Part shown: positions 19,741 through 30,021 of the stretch, piece after piece
Layout: every line of letters starts with the position of its first letter
How positions within the stretch are numbered: position 1 is the stretch's first letter
NCBI GenBank assembly: GCA_051873755.1
Contig: JBJEFE010000015.1
Location: forward strand, 57,891 to 121,890
Reading direction: 5' to 3'
From: Bulleidia sp.
Lineage (GTDB): Bacteria > Bacillota_I > Bacilli_A > Erysipelotrichales > Erysipelotrichaceae
Length of the DNA: 64,000 nucleotides
The notes under the pieces: generated by a model
What the model was told of the DNA's origin: nothing
Database searches by the model: none
The model's input: the letters and a program-made list of their open reading frames with translations, nothing else
Position numbers and translations under genes: made by a program

Positions 19741-20277
19741 TTAAAACTTGCCTGCTTCCTCAACCCTCTGGTTGAAATAATGTCTGGCTTCCTCATAGCT
19801 CATATTCAACGCAACGGATAATTCATTGAACAGATAGTTTTCCGCTTTCTGAAGATATTCATCATCGACGGATGCGGTTTTCTTATGATTTTCAATCCGC
19901 GCCTGATTTCTTGAATATGATGTCTTGATAATCGCAATCAGATCATGAACATCATCTGTCTTAAGCAGGTTGGCATACTGGCTCTTCATATTTGCAGGTT
20001 TGTTTTCCAGCACATCGATTTTGGAGGTCGCGAAAATCAGTTCCTCAATCTCATCCAATGAAAGAAGTGCTCTCAGATGACCTGCTTTATTTGAGACAGG
20101 TACCTGCATTCTTGTGGAACCCTCTTCTGCATTATATGGAACAAGTATGTAGCACATTTCCTTATTAAAGTCACTTCTTCGTTTACCGACAATACGGCAT
20201 ACCATTCTTCGATACACAACAATGTCATTTACCTGAAACACGGATTTCACCTCTTTTCCACCTCTATATTTTATCAT
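19741..20277 (-). CDS. CarD/CdnL-family transcriptional regulator
   Basis: It has the VFQVNDIVVYRRMVCRIV.. Tudor-like N-domain and the C-terminal helical domain typical of CarD_CdnL_TRCF. The start is uncertain. The ATG at 20277 is listed, but the GTG at 20241 (VFQVND) has a better AGAGGTG RBS. Confidence 0.7.
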   Translation of the reverse strand: MIKYRGGKEVKSVFQVNDIVVYRRMVCRIVGKRRSDFNKEMCYILVPYNAEEGSTRMQVPVSNKAGHLRALLSLDEIEELIFATSKIDVLENKPANMKSQYANLLKTDDVHDLIAIIKTSYSRNQARIENHKKTASVDDEYLQKAENYLFNELSVALNMSYEEARHYFNQRVEEAGKF

Positions 20278-20422
20278 TTCCAGGCGTTTTCCGTAATTGG
20301 AAATTTGCCCAAAATCATCGGAAAACCGCATAAAACAGGCATTTTTTATGAAAGTATTTTCCGGATCTGTTTTCACAACTTTCCATCAGTTCAACAACAG
20401 TGAACAACAGAGAAACCTGTGG

Positions 20423-21631
20423 TCATACAATCTGAAGCAGGAAGAATTTCAGGTATTCAGTTTCCGGAATGGCAGGCATGACAGGATGATCCGGGGCGGC
20501 ACCGCGCTGTTCAATGATGCGGATGGAAACACCGGCATCGTTGGCCGCATCCACAAGCATTCTTCCAAACTCATCTTTCGGCATGAAGTGGGAACAGGAA
20601 GCGGAAGCCAGATAGCCACCGCGTTTGAGAAGACGCATCGCATCCGCATTGACCTGACGGTATCCGTTTCTGGCATTGTGGAATGTCTTTCTAGATTTGG
20701 TGAAAGCAGGCGGATCGAGAATGATGAAATCAAAGTCCGCATGTTCAGCTTTCAGATCCTTGAGTACTTCAAACACATCACCCTGTCGAAACTGCAATGA
20801 TAGACCGTTCTGTTGTGCATTGACGGCTGCCATGTCCAGTGCAGTCTGTGAAATGTCCATTGCCAGCACACTCTTCGCTCCTGCCTTTGCGGCATTGAGG
20901 GCAAACGAACCGGTATGGGTACAGCAGTCCAGTACCTTTCTGTCTTTTGCGATCTTCCAGATTGCCTGACGGTTGTATTTCTGATCCAGAAAGAAACCTG
21001 TCTTCTGTCCGTTTTCCACGTCAACTTCATAATGGATGCCGTTTTCGACAATGGCTGTAACAGGGCTTTGCGGATGGTCCTCTCCATACCATCCCTTATA
21101 CTGCGGCAGGCCTTCCTTCTTCCGCAGTTCCCCTTCATTTCTTTCATAGATGCCGGAAATGATCTCCCCCATTTCACGCAGCTGTTTTTTCAACTGTGCA
21201 TAAATCACATCGATATGAAGTGAGATACCATAGGATTCCACCTGGGATACAAGCAGGTCATTATACCGGTCAATGGTCAGTCCCGGCAGTCCGTCCGCTT
21301 CGCCATGAATCAGACGGCATGCTTTGAAGTCATCCCCCATCACGGTCTTTCTGTATTCCAGAGCATAGCGGATCCTTCTTTGATAAAAAAGGTCATCGTA
21401 TTTCTCATTGGCATTGTTTCCAAGAATCCGTACACGGATTCTGGACTGTGCACTGTAGAATCCTGTTCCAAGATAACTTCCCTTATTGGACAGCACATCG
21501 ACATATGCACCGTTATCAATGTCTTCACTCTGTTCCGTAATCTCATCGGCATATACCCATGGATGTCCCTTTCGAATGGAACTCTCCTGTTTTTTCGTGA
21601 TCGTTACATGCGGAAACATTCTTTCCTTCAT
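20423..21631 (-). CDS. class I SAM-dependent rRNA (cytosine-C5) methyltransferase, RlmI-like with PUA domain
   Basis: 402 aa. It has the N-terminal KGHPWVY motif, SAM motif VLDCCTHTGSF and the DPPAF motif. Confidence 0.85.
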   Translation of the reverse strand: MKERMFPHVTITKKQESSIRKGHPWVYADEITEQSEDIDNGAYVDVLSNKGSYLGTGFYSAQSRIRVRILGNNANEKYDDLFYQRRIRYALEYRKTVMGDDFKACRLIHGEADGLPGLTIDRYNDLLVSQVESYGISLHIDVIYAQLKKQLREMGEIISGIYERNEGELRKKEGLPQYKGWYGEDHPQSPVTAIVENGIHYEVDVENGQKTGFFLDQKYNRQAIWKIAKDRKVLDCCTHTGSFALNAAKAGAKSVLAMDISQTALDMAAVNAQQNGLSLQFRQGDVFEVLKDLKAEHADFDFIILDPPAFTKSRKTFHNARNGYRQVNADAMRLLKRGGYLASASCSHFMPKDEFGRMLVDAANDAGVSIRIIEQRGAAPDHPVMPAIPETEYLKFFLLQIV

Positions 21632-21679
21632 TTTTTCCCTCCCTTTGAAAAAGACGGCTGAACCGTCTTTTGAATCTGT

Positions 21680-22621
21680 TTATCGCTGGCCTTTGTCGTA
21701 CGGGATACCTTCCGCCTTTGGTGCAGCGGAGTTCCTCGATGTAAAGGCAAGAACAATCAGTGAGATAATATACGGCAGCATATTGTAAACCGTACCCGGA
21801 ATATTCAGTGCCGCCAGGAATCCGATACCTGTATAGACATTGGACAGTGCACGGAACAGACCGAAGAGAACTGCCGCAGCCGCAATCTTGTGCGGTTTCC
21901 ACTGACCGAAGATCATAACAGCCAGGGACAGGAATCCGAATCCGGCAACACCGACTTCGAACTTCCATTCGGAAACACCCGCAAGAATATAGGTAATACC
22001 GCCAAGACCGCCAAGCATGCCGGAGATCAGCACGCCTGCCCATCTCATCTTATAGACATCGATACCGACGGAGTTTGCCGCATGCGGGTTTTCACCGCAG
22101 GCTCTTAAACGCAGACCGAATCTTGTCTTGTACAGAACGACAAACATCACAATCAGAAGCACCAGTGCAATGAGCATCATCCAGTTGAATTCAAAACCGC
22201 CGATCCTGACAAGGAACAGTTTCTTGGCATTGATGTATTTCAGAACCGTGGAAACGTCCGACGCATTTTTGGAGCTGTTGTAGGCACGTACAAGAACCGC
22301 TGCCAGTGAAGTCGCCAGCATGTTCATGGCTGTACCGACAAGGGTCTGGTCAGCCTTGAAGTTGATGCACGCAACCGCAAGCAGGCAGGAATATAAAACA
22401 CCAAACAGGATTGCCGCACCGCAGACAAGCAGAATCATCAGAAACGCATTTGTGACGGAACTGAAGATATTCATTGCCAGTGCACCGCCAAGGGCACCCA
22501 TGACCATGATACCTTCCAGACCGAGGTTGATGACACCGGAATGTTCCGAGAAACATCCACCCAGAGCGACAAGCGTCAGAACGGATGCGAATATCAGTGT
22601 GTACTGCAGAAGTAAAATCAT
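21680..22621 (-). CDS. ABC transporter permease (BMP/nucleoside-type, second permease)
   Basis: 313 aa polytopic protein. It overlaps the upstream permease stop by 4 nt. The operon context is ATPase plus BMP lipoprotein. Confidence 0.85.
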   Translation of the reverse strand: MILLLQYTLIFASVLTLVALGGCFSEHSGVINLGLEGIMVMGALGGALAMNIFSSVTNAFLMILLVCGAAILFGVLYSCLLAVACINFKADQTLVGTAMNMLATSLAAVLVRAYNSSKNASDVSTVLKYINAKKLFLVRIGGFEFNWMMLIALVLLIVMFVVLYKTRFGLRLRACGENPHAANSVGIDVYKMRWAGVLISGMLGGLGGITYILAGVSEWKFEVGVAGFGFLSLAVMIFGQWKPHKIAAAAVLFGLFRALSNVYTGIGFLAALNIPGTVYNMLPYIISLIVLAFTSRNSAAPKAEGIPYDKGQR

Positions 22622-23742
22622 GCCTTTTCTCCTTTCGCCTTATCCGTATTGGATTTACGGGAAGAAGGTCTTGCCTTGAAGATTGTCCGGAAGAACAGGA
22701 CGAATCCGCACAGATAGATAATGACACCGGAAATCAGATCAGAGATCTGGGACGGATACAGCATACGGTCGATCAGAGCACCGCCGTCGGTAATATTCTG
22801 AATAAAGAATGAGGAGAAGATTGTTCCGATCGGATGCAGACCGCCAAGGAATGTGGCGGCGATGCCGTTGAAGCCCATACCCGGAACGGAAGCCATCGTT
22901 GTTTCCCACTTGGCATAGCCGGACAGATACATGAATGCGGCACCGATGCCGGCCAGTGCACCGCCGATTGCCAGTGTGACGATGATGTTTTTCTTTTCCT
23001 GCATACCCGCATATCTTGCGGCTTCCCTGTTGTATCCGGTTGCCTTGAGTTCATAACCGAACTTTGTCTTGTCCAGCACAACCCAGATGATAATGGCTGT
23101 GATGGCCGCCAGAGGAATTGCAATGGTAACGTTGCGGTTGTTGTTGAACAGTGCACCAAGGCCAAGAGATGGCAGAAGTGCGGTTTTATTTGCGGTAACC
23201 AGATCCAGTGTATACGGGGATGCCGTATCCTTGGATGCCGGGTTGGCCAGAACCGTGTTTACAACATACAATGTGATCCAGTTGAGCATGATTCCGGAGA
23301 TAACCTCGTTGACATTGCGGTAAGCCTTCAGTGCACCGGTAATCACACCAAGCAGTGCGCCGGCAACGATGGCACCGACAAGACATACATACCACGGCAT
23401 TCTGAAGATCAGAGCCAGGGCAAGCGCAGCACCGGCACCTGCCTCGTACTGACCGGCGGCACCGATGTTGAACAGGCCGACCTTATAGCAGAAACAGATG
23501 GACAGTGCACACATCAGCAACGGTGCGGTCTTGGCAAGGGTGTTGCCGAGTGCCTTGAGCATCGAAGCGGTTGTGTTTTTTGTCAGGAAGTTGAGGATAA
23601 TGGTTGTGATGGCTTTGAATGCACCTTCCGGAGCGATCATCAACAGAATCACAAAGCCGATGGCTAAACCGATCAGAATACACAGCAGAGAAATCATCAG
23701 TGTCTGAAAGGCCGGTTTCTGCCAGAATTTATCTTTCGTCAT
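22618..23742 (-). CDS. ABC transporter permease (BMP/nucleoside-type, first permease)
   Basis: 374 aa polytopic protein. Its start overlaps the ATPase stop (TGATG). Confidence 0.85.
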   Translation of the reverse strand: MTKDKFWQKPAFQTLMISLLCILIGLAIGFVILLMIAPEGAFKAITTIILNFLTKNTTASMLKALGNTLAKTAPLLMCALSICFCYKVGLFNIGAAGQYEAGAGAALALALIFRMPWYVCLVGAIVAGALLGVITGALKAYRNVNEVISGIMLNWITLYVVNTVLANPASKDTASPYTLDLVTANKTALLPSLGLGALFNNNRNVTIAIPLAAITAIIIWVVLDKTKFGYELKATGYNREAARYAGMQEKKNIIVTLAIGGALAGIGAAFMYLSGYAKWETTMASVPGMGFNGIAATFLGGLHPIGTIFSSFFIQNITDGGALIDRMLYPSQISDLISGVIIYLCGFVLFFRTIFKARPSSRKSNTDKAKGEKA

Positions 23743-25286
23743 CAGGCATGGCTCCTTTCCTTGTCACGCTTGGCACCGGACATGTAAAGTCCGAGTTCCT
23801 CGGAAGTTGTCTTCTTCGGATCCAGTTCACCGACGATCTCGCCCTCATACATGACAAGAATACGGTCGGACAGATTCATGACTTCTTCCAGCTCCAGTGA
23901 TACAAGCAGTACCGCATCACCGGCATCACGTCTTTCAATCAGACGGGAGTGAATGTTTTCAATCGCACCGACATCCAGTCCTCTTGTCGGCTGTACGGCA
24001 ATCAGCACCTTGTGATCCTTGTCGATTTCACGGGCAACGATTGCCTTCTGCTGATTTCCGCCGGACATGGATCTTGCGGTTGTGACAGAGCCCTGTCCGC
24101 TGCGGATATCAAACTCCTGAATCAGGCGGTCGGAATATTCACGGATTGCCTTTTTGTTCAGGAGGCCTTTGGATGTGAATGTATCCTGCCAGTATCTCTG
24201 CAGAACGATGTTGTAGTCCAGCGGGTAATCCAGGACAAGACCGTGTTTCTGACGGTCCTCCGGAATATGGGACATGACCATGGAACGTTCACGGATGGAG
24301 GCTGTGGACAGATCCTGTCCGCATACCTCGATCTTTCCCTCCTTCAGAGGTTCAAGACCGGAAAGACCGTAGACAAGTTCCGTCTGGCCATTGCCGTCAA
24401 TACCGGCAATACATACGATCTCACCGGCACGGACATCAAACGATACGTTCTTTACGGCATTGTTGTCATGCATGTGGGATGCGACCGTCATGTTTTCCAC
24501 ATGCAGTACGACATCCTTTGGCTCTGCCGGTTTCTTGTCCACAACAAGCTGGACATCTCTGCCGACCATCATGCGTGACAGTTCCTTTTCATCCGTATCC
24601 CTGACATCCACGGTACCGATGTATTTACCGCGGCGCAATACCGTAACGCGGTCTGCGACCTCCATGATTTCCGCAAGCTTGTGGGAAATGAAGAGAATGC
24701 TCTTGCCTTCCTTTGCCAGGTTTTTCATGATGGACATGAGTTCCTCGATTTCCTGCGGTGTCAGTACCGCTGTCGGTTCATCGAAAATCAGAATGTCGTT
24801 TTCTCTGTACAGCATTTTGAGGATTTCCGTTCTCTGCTGCATACCAACGGTAATGTCTTCGATCTTTGCGTCCGGATCGACTTTCAGACCGTACTTTTCA
24901 GACAGTGCAATGACCTTTTCACGGGCCTCCTTTTCCTGCAGAATACCGTTTTTCGTGTCTTCCACACCGAGAATGATATTCTCAAGCACGCTGAAGCACT
25001 GAACAAGTTTGAAATGCTGGTGGACCATACCGATGCCAAGATCATTGGCGTCGTTTGGATCCTTGATGTGGACTTCCTTTCCGTCCTTTTTGATGATGCC
25101 CTCTTCCGCCTGATACAGGCCGAACAGAACAGACATCAGTGTGGATTTGCCGGCACCGTTCTCTCCCAGCAATGCATGAATCTCACCACGCCGCAGCTGC
25201 AGTGTGATGTTGTCATTGGCAATGATTCCCGGGAACCGCTTTGTAATACCGACCATCTCAATCGCATATGGTGTATTGTCTTCCAT
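23742..25286 (-). CDS. ABC transporter ATP-binding protein with duplicated ATPase domains
   Basis: 514 aa. It has Walker A GENGAGKST and the signature MSGGNQQK. The two-cassette architecture is typical of sugar/nucleoside importers. Confidence 0.9.
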   Translation of the reverse strand: MEDNTPYAIEMVGITKRFPGIIANDNITLQLRRGEIHALLGENGAGKSTLMSVLFGLYQAEEGIIKKDGKEVHIKDPNDANDLGIGMVHQHFKLVQCFSVLENIILGVEDTKNGILQEKEAREKVIALSEKYGLKVDPDAKIEDITVGMQQRTEILKMLYRENDILIFDEPTAVLTPQEIEELMSIMKNLAKEGKSILFISHKLAEIMEVADRVTVLRRGKYIGTVDVRDTDEKELSRMMVGRDVQLVVDKKPAEPKDVVLHVENMTVASHMHDNNAVKNVSFDVRAGEIVCIAGIDGNGQTELVYGLSGLEPLKEGKIEVCGQDLSTASIRERSMVMSHIPEDRQKHGLVLDYPLDYNIVLQRYWQDTFTSKGLLNKKAIREYSDRLIQEFDIRSGQGSVTTARSMSGGNQQKAIVAREIDKDHKVLIAVQPTRGLDVGAIENIHSRLIERRDAGDAVLLVSLELEEVMNLSDRILVMYEGEIVGELDPKKTTSEELGLYMSGAKRDKERSHA

Positions 25287-25354
25287 GACAGATGACTCCT
25301 TCCGTTAACTACACTTTATTTTACATTTTTCACATAATTTTCTCAATCGGATAT

Positions 25355-25386
25355 AAAAAGAATATCCTGCTTGTGACAGGATATTC
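25355..25386 (-). terminator. Intra-operon terminator/attenuator between the binding-protein and ATPase genes
   Basis: GAATATCCTG (25360-25369) pairs with CAGGATATTC (25377-25386). The A-run at 25355-25359 gives a U-tract on the minus strand. Confidence 0.55.
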
Positions 25387-25409
25387 TGAGAATACAGAGT
25401 TTTTGTGAA

Positions 25410-26564
25410 TTACTTGATGTTGCCTTCGTAGGAAACTGCAATTGTTCCGGCGTAGTCTGTGATCCAGGATTCTTCTGTTGTAGGGTCAACCTTGATCTTG
25501 CCGTCATACATGTCGGAAACCAGCTGCTTGTAATCATCTTCCGTGAAGTTGTCATCCCACTGTGTGGATTCCGGAATCTGAACGAAGTTAGCGGATGGAT
25601 CTGTGCCGGAAACAAGGCCCAGAGTCTTGATGGATCCGCCGTAGGAAGACCAGTTGCCTGCCTTGATTTCATCAAGAGCGGATGTAACTGTCGGATACAG
25701 ACCCTTCATTGCGGAAGTGACTGTCATGCCTTCGCCATAACCTGCATCAACGATTGGAGCCTGGTCAACGTCAACACCGATGATCTTGCCGTTTACCTTG
25801 GCTGCTGCTTCAGCTGCGGATGTGTAGATACCGCCGCCGCATGCGAATACAACTTCTGTACCTGCACCGTACCATGTGTCCATACGGGCTGTGATATCAG
25901 CGTCGCCCCAGAACTGGTTGCCGTATGCATACTTGACTTCAACGTCGCTCAGACCGAGTTCTGCAGCTGCTGCTTCAGCACCCTGAACGAAACCGTAACC
26001 GTAACGGATAACGGATGGAACTGCCATACCGCCGAGGTAGCCGAGTTTCTTATAACCGAGCTTGACTGCAGCGACACCTGCCATGTATCCGGCAAGTTCT
26101 TCCTGGTAGATTGCACAGTAGAGGTTGTCACCGAGTGTATATGGTTCACCATAAGCGCCGTCCAGGTCACCCTGCTGTATATCCAGAGCGATGAACTTTG
26201 TATCAGGATAGTCACCTGTTACATCAACGATTGCCTTTGCGAATGCGAAACCAGGCATGACGATGACATTGTAGCCCTGTTCGATTGCTTCTTCGATGGA
26301 TGCTTCACGGTCTGCGTCAGAGTCGGAAGCCGGCTTGAAGTAGTTGAATTCTGCACCGTTGGCTGCGGACCAGTCCTTGGCTGCCTCATAGGTTGTCTGG
26401 TTGAAAGACTGGTCAGTGATGTCACCGTAGTCTGTAACCATCGCAACCTTGATGTCGGATGAAGTGTCAGAACCTGTTGTGGATGTGTCGTTGCCGCCGG
26501 AAGAACATGCAACAAGGCTTGTTGCCATGACGCCGGCGAGAACTGTAGATAAGATCTTTTTCAT
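25410..26564 (-). CDS. BMP-family ABC transporter substrate-binding lipoprotein
   Basis: 384 aa. It has a signal peptide with lipobox LVAC|SSGG. The sequence pattern is that of Med/PnrA/BmpA-type (purine nucleoside-binding) proteins. Confidence 0.85.
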   Translation of the reverse strand: MKKILSTVLAGVMATSLVACSSGGNDTSTTGSDTSSDIKVAMVTDYGDITDQSFNQTTYEAAKDWSAANGAEFNYFKPASDSDADREASIEEAIEQGYNVIVMPGFAFAKAIVDVTGDYPDTKFIALDIQQGDLDGAYGEPYTLGDNLYCAIYQEELAGYMAGVAAVKLGYKKLGYLGGMAVPSVIRYGYGFVQGAEAAAAELGLSDVEVKYAYGNQFWGDADITARMDTWYGAGTEVVFACGGGIYTSAAEAAAKVNGKIIGVDVDQAPIVDAGYGEGMTVTSAMKGLYPTVTSALDEIKAGNWSSYGGSIKTLGLVSGTDPSANFVQIPESTQWDDNFTEDDYKQLVSDMYDGKIKVDPTTEESWITDYAGTIAVSYEGNIK

Positions 26565-26603
26565 GATTCTCCTCCTGCTGAATAGAACTTTCAGTTCACT
26601 TAG

Positions 26604-26633
26604 ATTTTACGCTTTCGTCACATGAAATTTCAA
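26604..26633 (-). promoter_or_regulatory. Candidate sigma-A promoter of the BMP transporter operon (TTGAAA-N18-TAAAAT)
   Basis: On the minus strand, the -35 TTGAAA is at 26633-26628 and the -10 TAAAAT is at 26609-26604. The AGGAGGAG RBS precedes the ATG at 26564. Confidence 0.45.
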
Positions 26634-26738
26634 TGAGAGAATTGGATAAAGGATTCAATTTGCATGTTTATGCAAACAAATCACTGAAAATGACAACATG
26701 ATCTGAAAATTGTTTCATCTGTATCCATCATTGAAAAC

Positions 26739-26747
26739 TGGTATAAT
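26739..26747 (+). promoter_or_regulatory. Extended -10 (TGgTATAAT) upstream of the RlmCD-like gene
   Basis: TG at 26739-26740 and TATAAT at 26742-26747, 30 nt upstream of the ATG at 26778. A GAAGGAGG RBS lies between. Confidence 0.5.
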
Positions 26748-26777
26748 TGCGTTGCCCTGAAGGAGGACATCATTTTT

Positions 26778-28094
26778 ATGAAAATCACATTCAGAAAAAT
26801 CGGCATCAACGGCGAAGGAATCGGCTATGTGGATCATAAGCCTGTATTCTGCGACGGCGTACTGCCGGGTGAAACCGCTGAAGTGGAAATAAAGGAACAG
26901 AAACAGAATTATGCCAAGGCACAGCTGCAGAAGATCACCTGGTATTCCAAAGACAGAGTGAAGACAGCGTATCCGTACTATATTGAAGAGGGCTGCCCGC
27001 TGATGATCATGAAGTATGAAAAACAGCTGGAAGTCAAAAAGCAGCTGTTATGCGAGGCTCTGTATAAATACGCAGGCATCCGCTCCCACTTTGTGCGGGA
27101 CATCCGCCCGAGTGTGCCTTCCATCGGTTACCGCAGCCAGTGCAAGCTGCCGGTTCAGGAATCACATAAGGTTCTGACCACAGGCATGTATGTGCCGGGA
27201 ACCAATCATTATCATCCGATTGAGGAATCCATCATTCACGCACCGGAACTGGAATCCGTGCGGAAACAGGTTCTGCAGTATCTGAACAATGCTCACCTGC
27301 GTGACTATGACCAGAAGCTGCAGAAAGGCATCCGTTATATTGTCATCCGTACCATTGAAGGCATCAGTCAATGCACGCTTGTGACAGGTAAAAACAACCT
27401 GCCGCAAAGACTGATTGACGATCTGATGTCCATTGAAGGCATGACGGGTGTATTCCAGTCGATCAACACCGATCCCAAAACGCCTGAAATCTTCGGAAGC
27501 TCTTTAAGGAAACTTGCCGGTGAGAATACAATGCCTGTTCAGATCGGAGGGATTACCGTCGCACTGTCTCCGGAATCCTTTTTCCAGCTGAACGTATCAC
27601 AGGCACAGGCACTGTATGAAACGGCAGTCTCCAAAATCGATCCGTGTGACACTCTGGTTGAGGCATACTGCGGTGTGGGTGCGATGTCTTTGATGGCACA
27701 TGACAGGGCAAAGCGCATCATCGGTATTGAATCCGTTCCAAAGGCCATCCGCAATGCGAAAAACAATGCGGCACGCAACCACATCGACAACTGTGAATTC
27801 ATCTGTATGGATGCGGCGGAGGGACTGTACAAAGCTGCCGCAAAAGGTCCTGTGGATACCCTGCTTGTGGATCCGCCAAGAAGCGGAATGGATGACAGGA
27901 TGCTGGAGGCGGTGATGAAGGTCAGACCGAAGAAGATCATCTATATCTCCTGTTCCCCTTCTACCCTTGGAAAAAACCTCAATGTGCTGAAACACCAGTA
28001 TCATCCTGTTACGGTTCTTCCGTTTGATCTATTTCCGCATACACCGCATGTGGAAAGCATTACCGTACTTGAACGGGACAACTACGGGGAATGA
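26778..28094 (+). CDS. 23S rRNA (uracil-C5)-methyltransferase, RlmCD/RumA family
   Basis: 438 aa. It has an N-terminal TRAM-like domain, SAM motif EAYCGVGAM, the DPPRSG motif and the catalytic-Cys region YISCSPSTLGKN. Confidence 0.85.
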   Translation: MKITFRKIGINGEGIGYVDHKPVFCDGVLPGETAEVEIKEQKQNYAKAQLQKITWYSKDRVKTAYPYYIEEGCPLMIMKYEKQLEVKKQLLCEALYKYAGIRSHFVRDIRPSVPSIGYRSQCKLPVQESHKVLTTGMYVPGTNHYHPIEESIIHAPELESVRKQVLQYLNNAHLRDYDQKLQKGIRYIVIRTIEGISQCTLVTGKNNLPQRLIDDLMSIEGMTGVFQSINTDPKTPEIFGSSLRKLAGENTMPVQIGGITVALSPESFFQLNVSQAQALYETAVSKIDPCDTLVEAYCGVGAMSLMAHDRAKRIIGIESVPKAIRNAKNNAARNHIDNCEFICMDAAEGLYKAAAKGPVDTLLVDPPRSGMDDRMLEAVMKVRPKKIIYISCSPSTLGKNLNVLKHQYHPVTVLPFDLFPHTPHVESITVLERDNYGE

Positions 28095-28127
28095 TCTCTT
28101 CCCGTTTCGGGAAAGAGATTTTCTTTT
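28095..28127 (+). terminator. Terminator after the rRNA methyltransferase gene
   Basis: TCTCTTCCC..GGGAAAGAGA stem followed by TTTTCTTTT. Confidence 0.6.
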
Positions 28128-28167
28128 GCCCTTTCTGCAGGTAAAATAAAGGCAAAGGAGATCAGAC

Positions 28168-29088
28168 ATGAAAACATATCAAATTCAGAATACAGATCTG
28201 GAAGTATCGCGCATTGCCCTTGGCTGTATGCGCATTGCGGGTAAAAGTGAAGCCGAGGTTGATACACTGATCAAAGCGGCACTCGATGAAGGCATCAATC
28301 TGTTTGATCATGCGGACATTTACGGCGGTGGGAAATCCGAACAGCTGTTCGGTGCAGCCCTGAGAAAAGACCCTTCCCTGCGGGACAGAATCGTACTGCA
28401 GTCCAAGACATGTATCCGTCCGGGTATCTGCTATGATGCCTCAAAGGATTACATCGTATCCTCCACGGAGAAGATTCTTGAACGCCTTCATACCGACCAC
28501 CTTGACATCCTGCTCCTGCACCGTCCGGATGCCCTGATGGACATGGAAGAGGTTGCGGGTGCTTTTGAAACACTGAAGAAATCCGGCAAGGTCAGATACT
28601 TCGGTGTCTCAAACATGAATCCATACCAGATTGCCCTGCTGGAAAAACACACGGGCGAAAAGATGATCATCAACCAGCTTCAGTTCTCACTGGCGCATGC
28701 GGGCATGATCGATGAAGGCATTCATGTGAACATGGATGACCCGTATGCGGTCAACAGAGACGGTGATATTCTCAACTACTGCAGACTCAATGACATTCTG
28801 ATCCAGTGCTGGTCCATTCTCAATGTGGACTTTGTCAAAGGCCTGTTCCTGGATCATCCGGAATATCCAAAGCTTAATGCAGTGCTCCGTAAATATGCGG
28901 AAAAGTACAATGTCAGCACCAGTGCCGTGGCTGCCGCATGGATCCTGCGTCACCCTGCACACATGCAGGCAATTGCCGGTACGACATCCGTTTCCCATCT
29001 GCGTGAGTTATGCGCTGCCGATACAATCGAACTTGGCCATGATGAATGGTACGAGCTGTATCTTGCGGAAAACAGACCATTGCCTTGA
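28168..29088 (+). CDS. aldo/keto reductase
   Basis: 306 aa. LGCMRI.., DHADIYGGG and GVSNM are motifs of the AKR superfamily. An AAGGAG RBS is present. Confidence 0.85.
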   Translation: MKTYQIQNTDLEVSRIALGCMRIAGKSEAEVDTLIKAALDEGINLFDHADIYGGGKSEQLFGAALRKDPSLRDRIVLQSKTCIRPGICYDASKDYIVSSTEKILERLHTDHLDILLLHRPDALMDMEEVAGAFETLKKSGKVRYFGVSNMNPYQIALLEKHTGEKMIINQLQFSLAHAGMIDEGIHVNMDDPYAVNRDGDILNYCRLNDILIQCWSILNVDFVKGLFLDHPEYPKLNAVLRKYAEKYNVSTSAVAAAWILRHPAHMQAIAGTTSVSHLRELCAADTIELGHDEWYELYLAENRPLP

Positions 29089-29094
29089 TCACTT

Positions 29095-29120
29095 AAAAAA
29101 CAACCCGTCCGGGTTGTTTT
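29095..29120. terminator. Bidirectional terminator between convergent genes
   Basis: AAAAAACAACCCG-TC-CGGGTTGTTTT. Confidence 0.65.
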
Positions 29121-30021
29121 ACTTTGTATACAGATGATTGAAAATCAGATGGTCAATGGTCAGCTTTGCACGCCATTTCTTCCGTGCCTGCTCAAATTCA
29201 CTGACATATGGTGTACTCCAGTTCCATGAGATTTCAAAGCCTCCATCTTCCTTCTGTCTGCTTTCATCCATGGATATCTCATTTATAATCATCATTCTGA
29301 TTTCATCATTTGTGAATTCCGGATTGATGCCACAGAAATAATCGGAAGGCTTGTTGACGTAGGTGGTGTCATAGATGGAAACATCCCGTTCCATGGTATC
29401 GATGATTTCTGTCTGAATCAGATGAAAGTAATCGGAAAGAGGGATGAGGTTTTCAACATGGTTTTCCTTTAACAGATGCCATGCAAGAAGATGGCATTTG
29501 AGCATGTCAGCCGAAACATCCGTTTCCTGTTTCAGGCCTTCATATGCCTCCCTGACAATCTGCTCATATTCTGCCGTTCCCTCACCCATCGCAATACAGA
29601 CTGCCGCCAGCGAAACACTCGGGTTCATCCCGGAGATTCCGTCGCCTTTTTTCTCCCACCACGCCGCATGCGGATAATCCAGGTTGGATGCCACCGCAAA
29701 CAGCCATCTGTGCTTCTGCCTGTCATAACCATCACCGGATGTCAGCCAGGATACAATTCCCTGCACAACCGGATTGTCCTTTTTCAGAAGACTGACACGA
29801 TGCAGGATATGCAGTGCCTCATTAACCGCAATCGGAGTGGAATGGGGATTGAGATAATCCATTTCAAGACCATGTCCAAAGCCGCCGTCCGCATTCTGAT
29901 ATGCAAGAAGTTCCTGCTGCACCTTCTGTGGAGAACCGTTGTGCATATGATAATCATATACGGCAAGATCCAGTGATCTTCCGTATTCATGGATAAACCG
30001 CAGTGCCTTTTCCCTGTTCAT
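29119..30021 (-). CDS. uncharacterised protein with prenyltransferase/terpene-cyclase-like (alpha/alpha toroid) repeats
   Basis: 300 aa. The QNADGGFGHG and RQKEDGGFE motifs resemble the Q-x-x-DGGF repeat of the prenyltransferase/squalene-oxidase repeat family. It overlaps the M42 stop by 4 nt. Confidence 0.55.
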   Translation of the reverse strand: MNREKALRFIHEYGRSLDLAVYDYHMHNGSPQKVQQELLAYQNADGGFGHGLEMDYLNPHSTPIAVNEALHILHRVSLLKKDNPVVQGIVSWLTSGDGYDRQKHRWLFAVASNLDYPHAAWWEKKGDGISGMNPSVSLAAVCIAMGEGTAEYEQIVREAYEGLKQETDVSADMLKCHLLAWHLLKENHVENLIPLSDYFHLIQTEIIDTMERDVSIYDTTYVNKPSDYFCGINPEFTNDEIRMMIINEISMDESRQKEDGGFEISWNWSTPYVSEFEQARKKWRAKLTIDHLIFNHLYTK

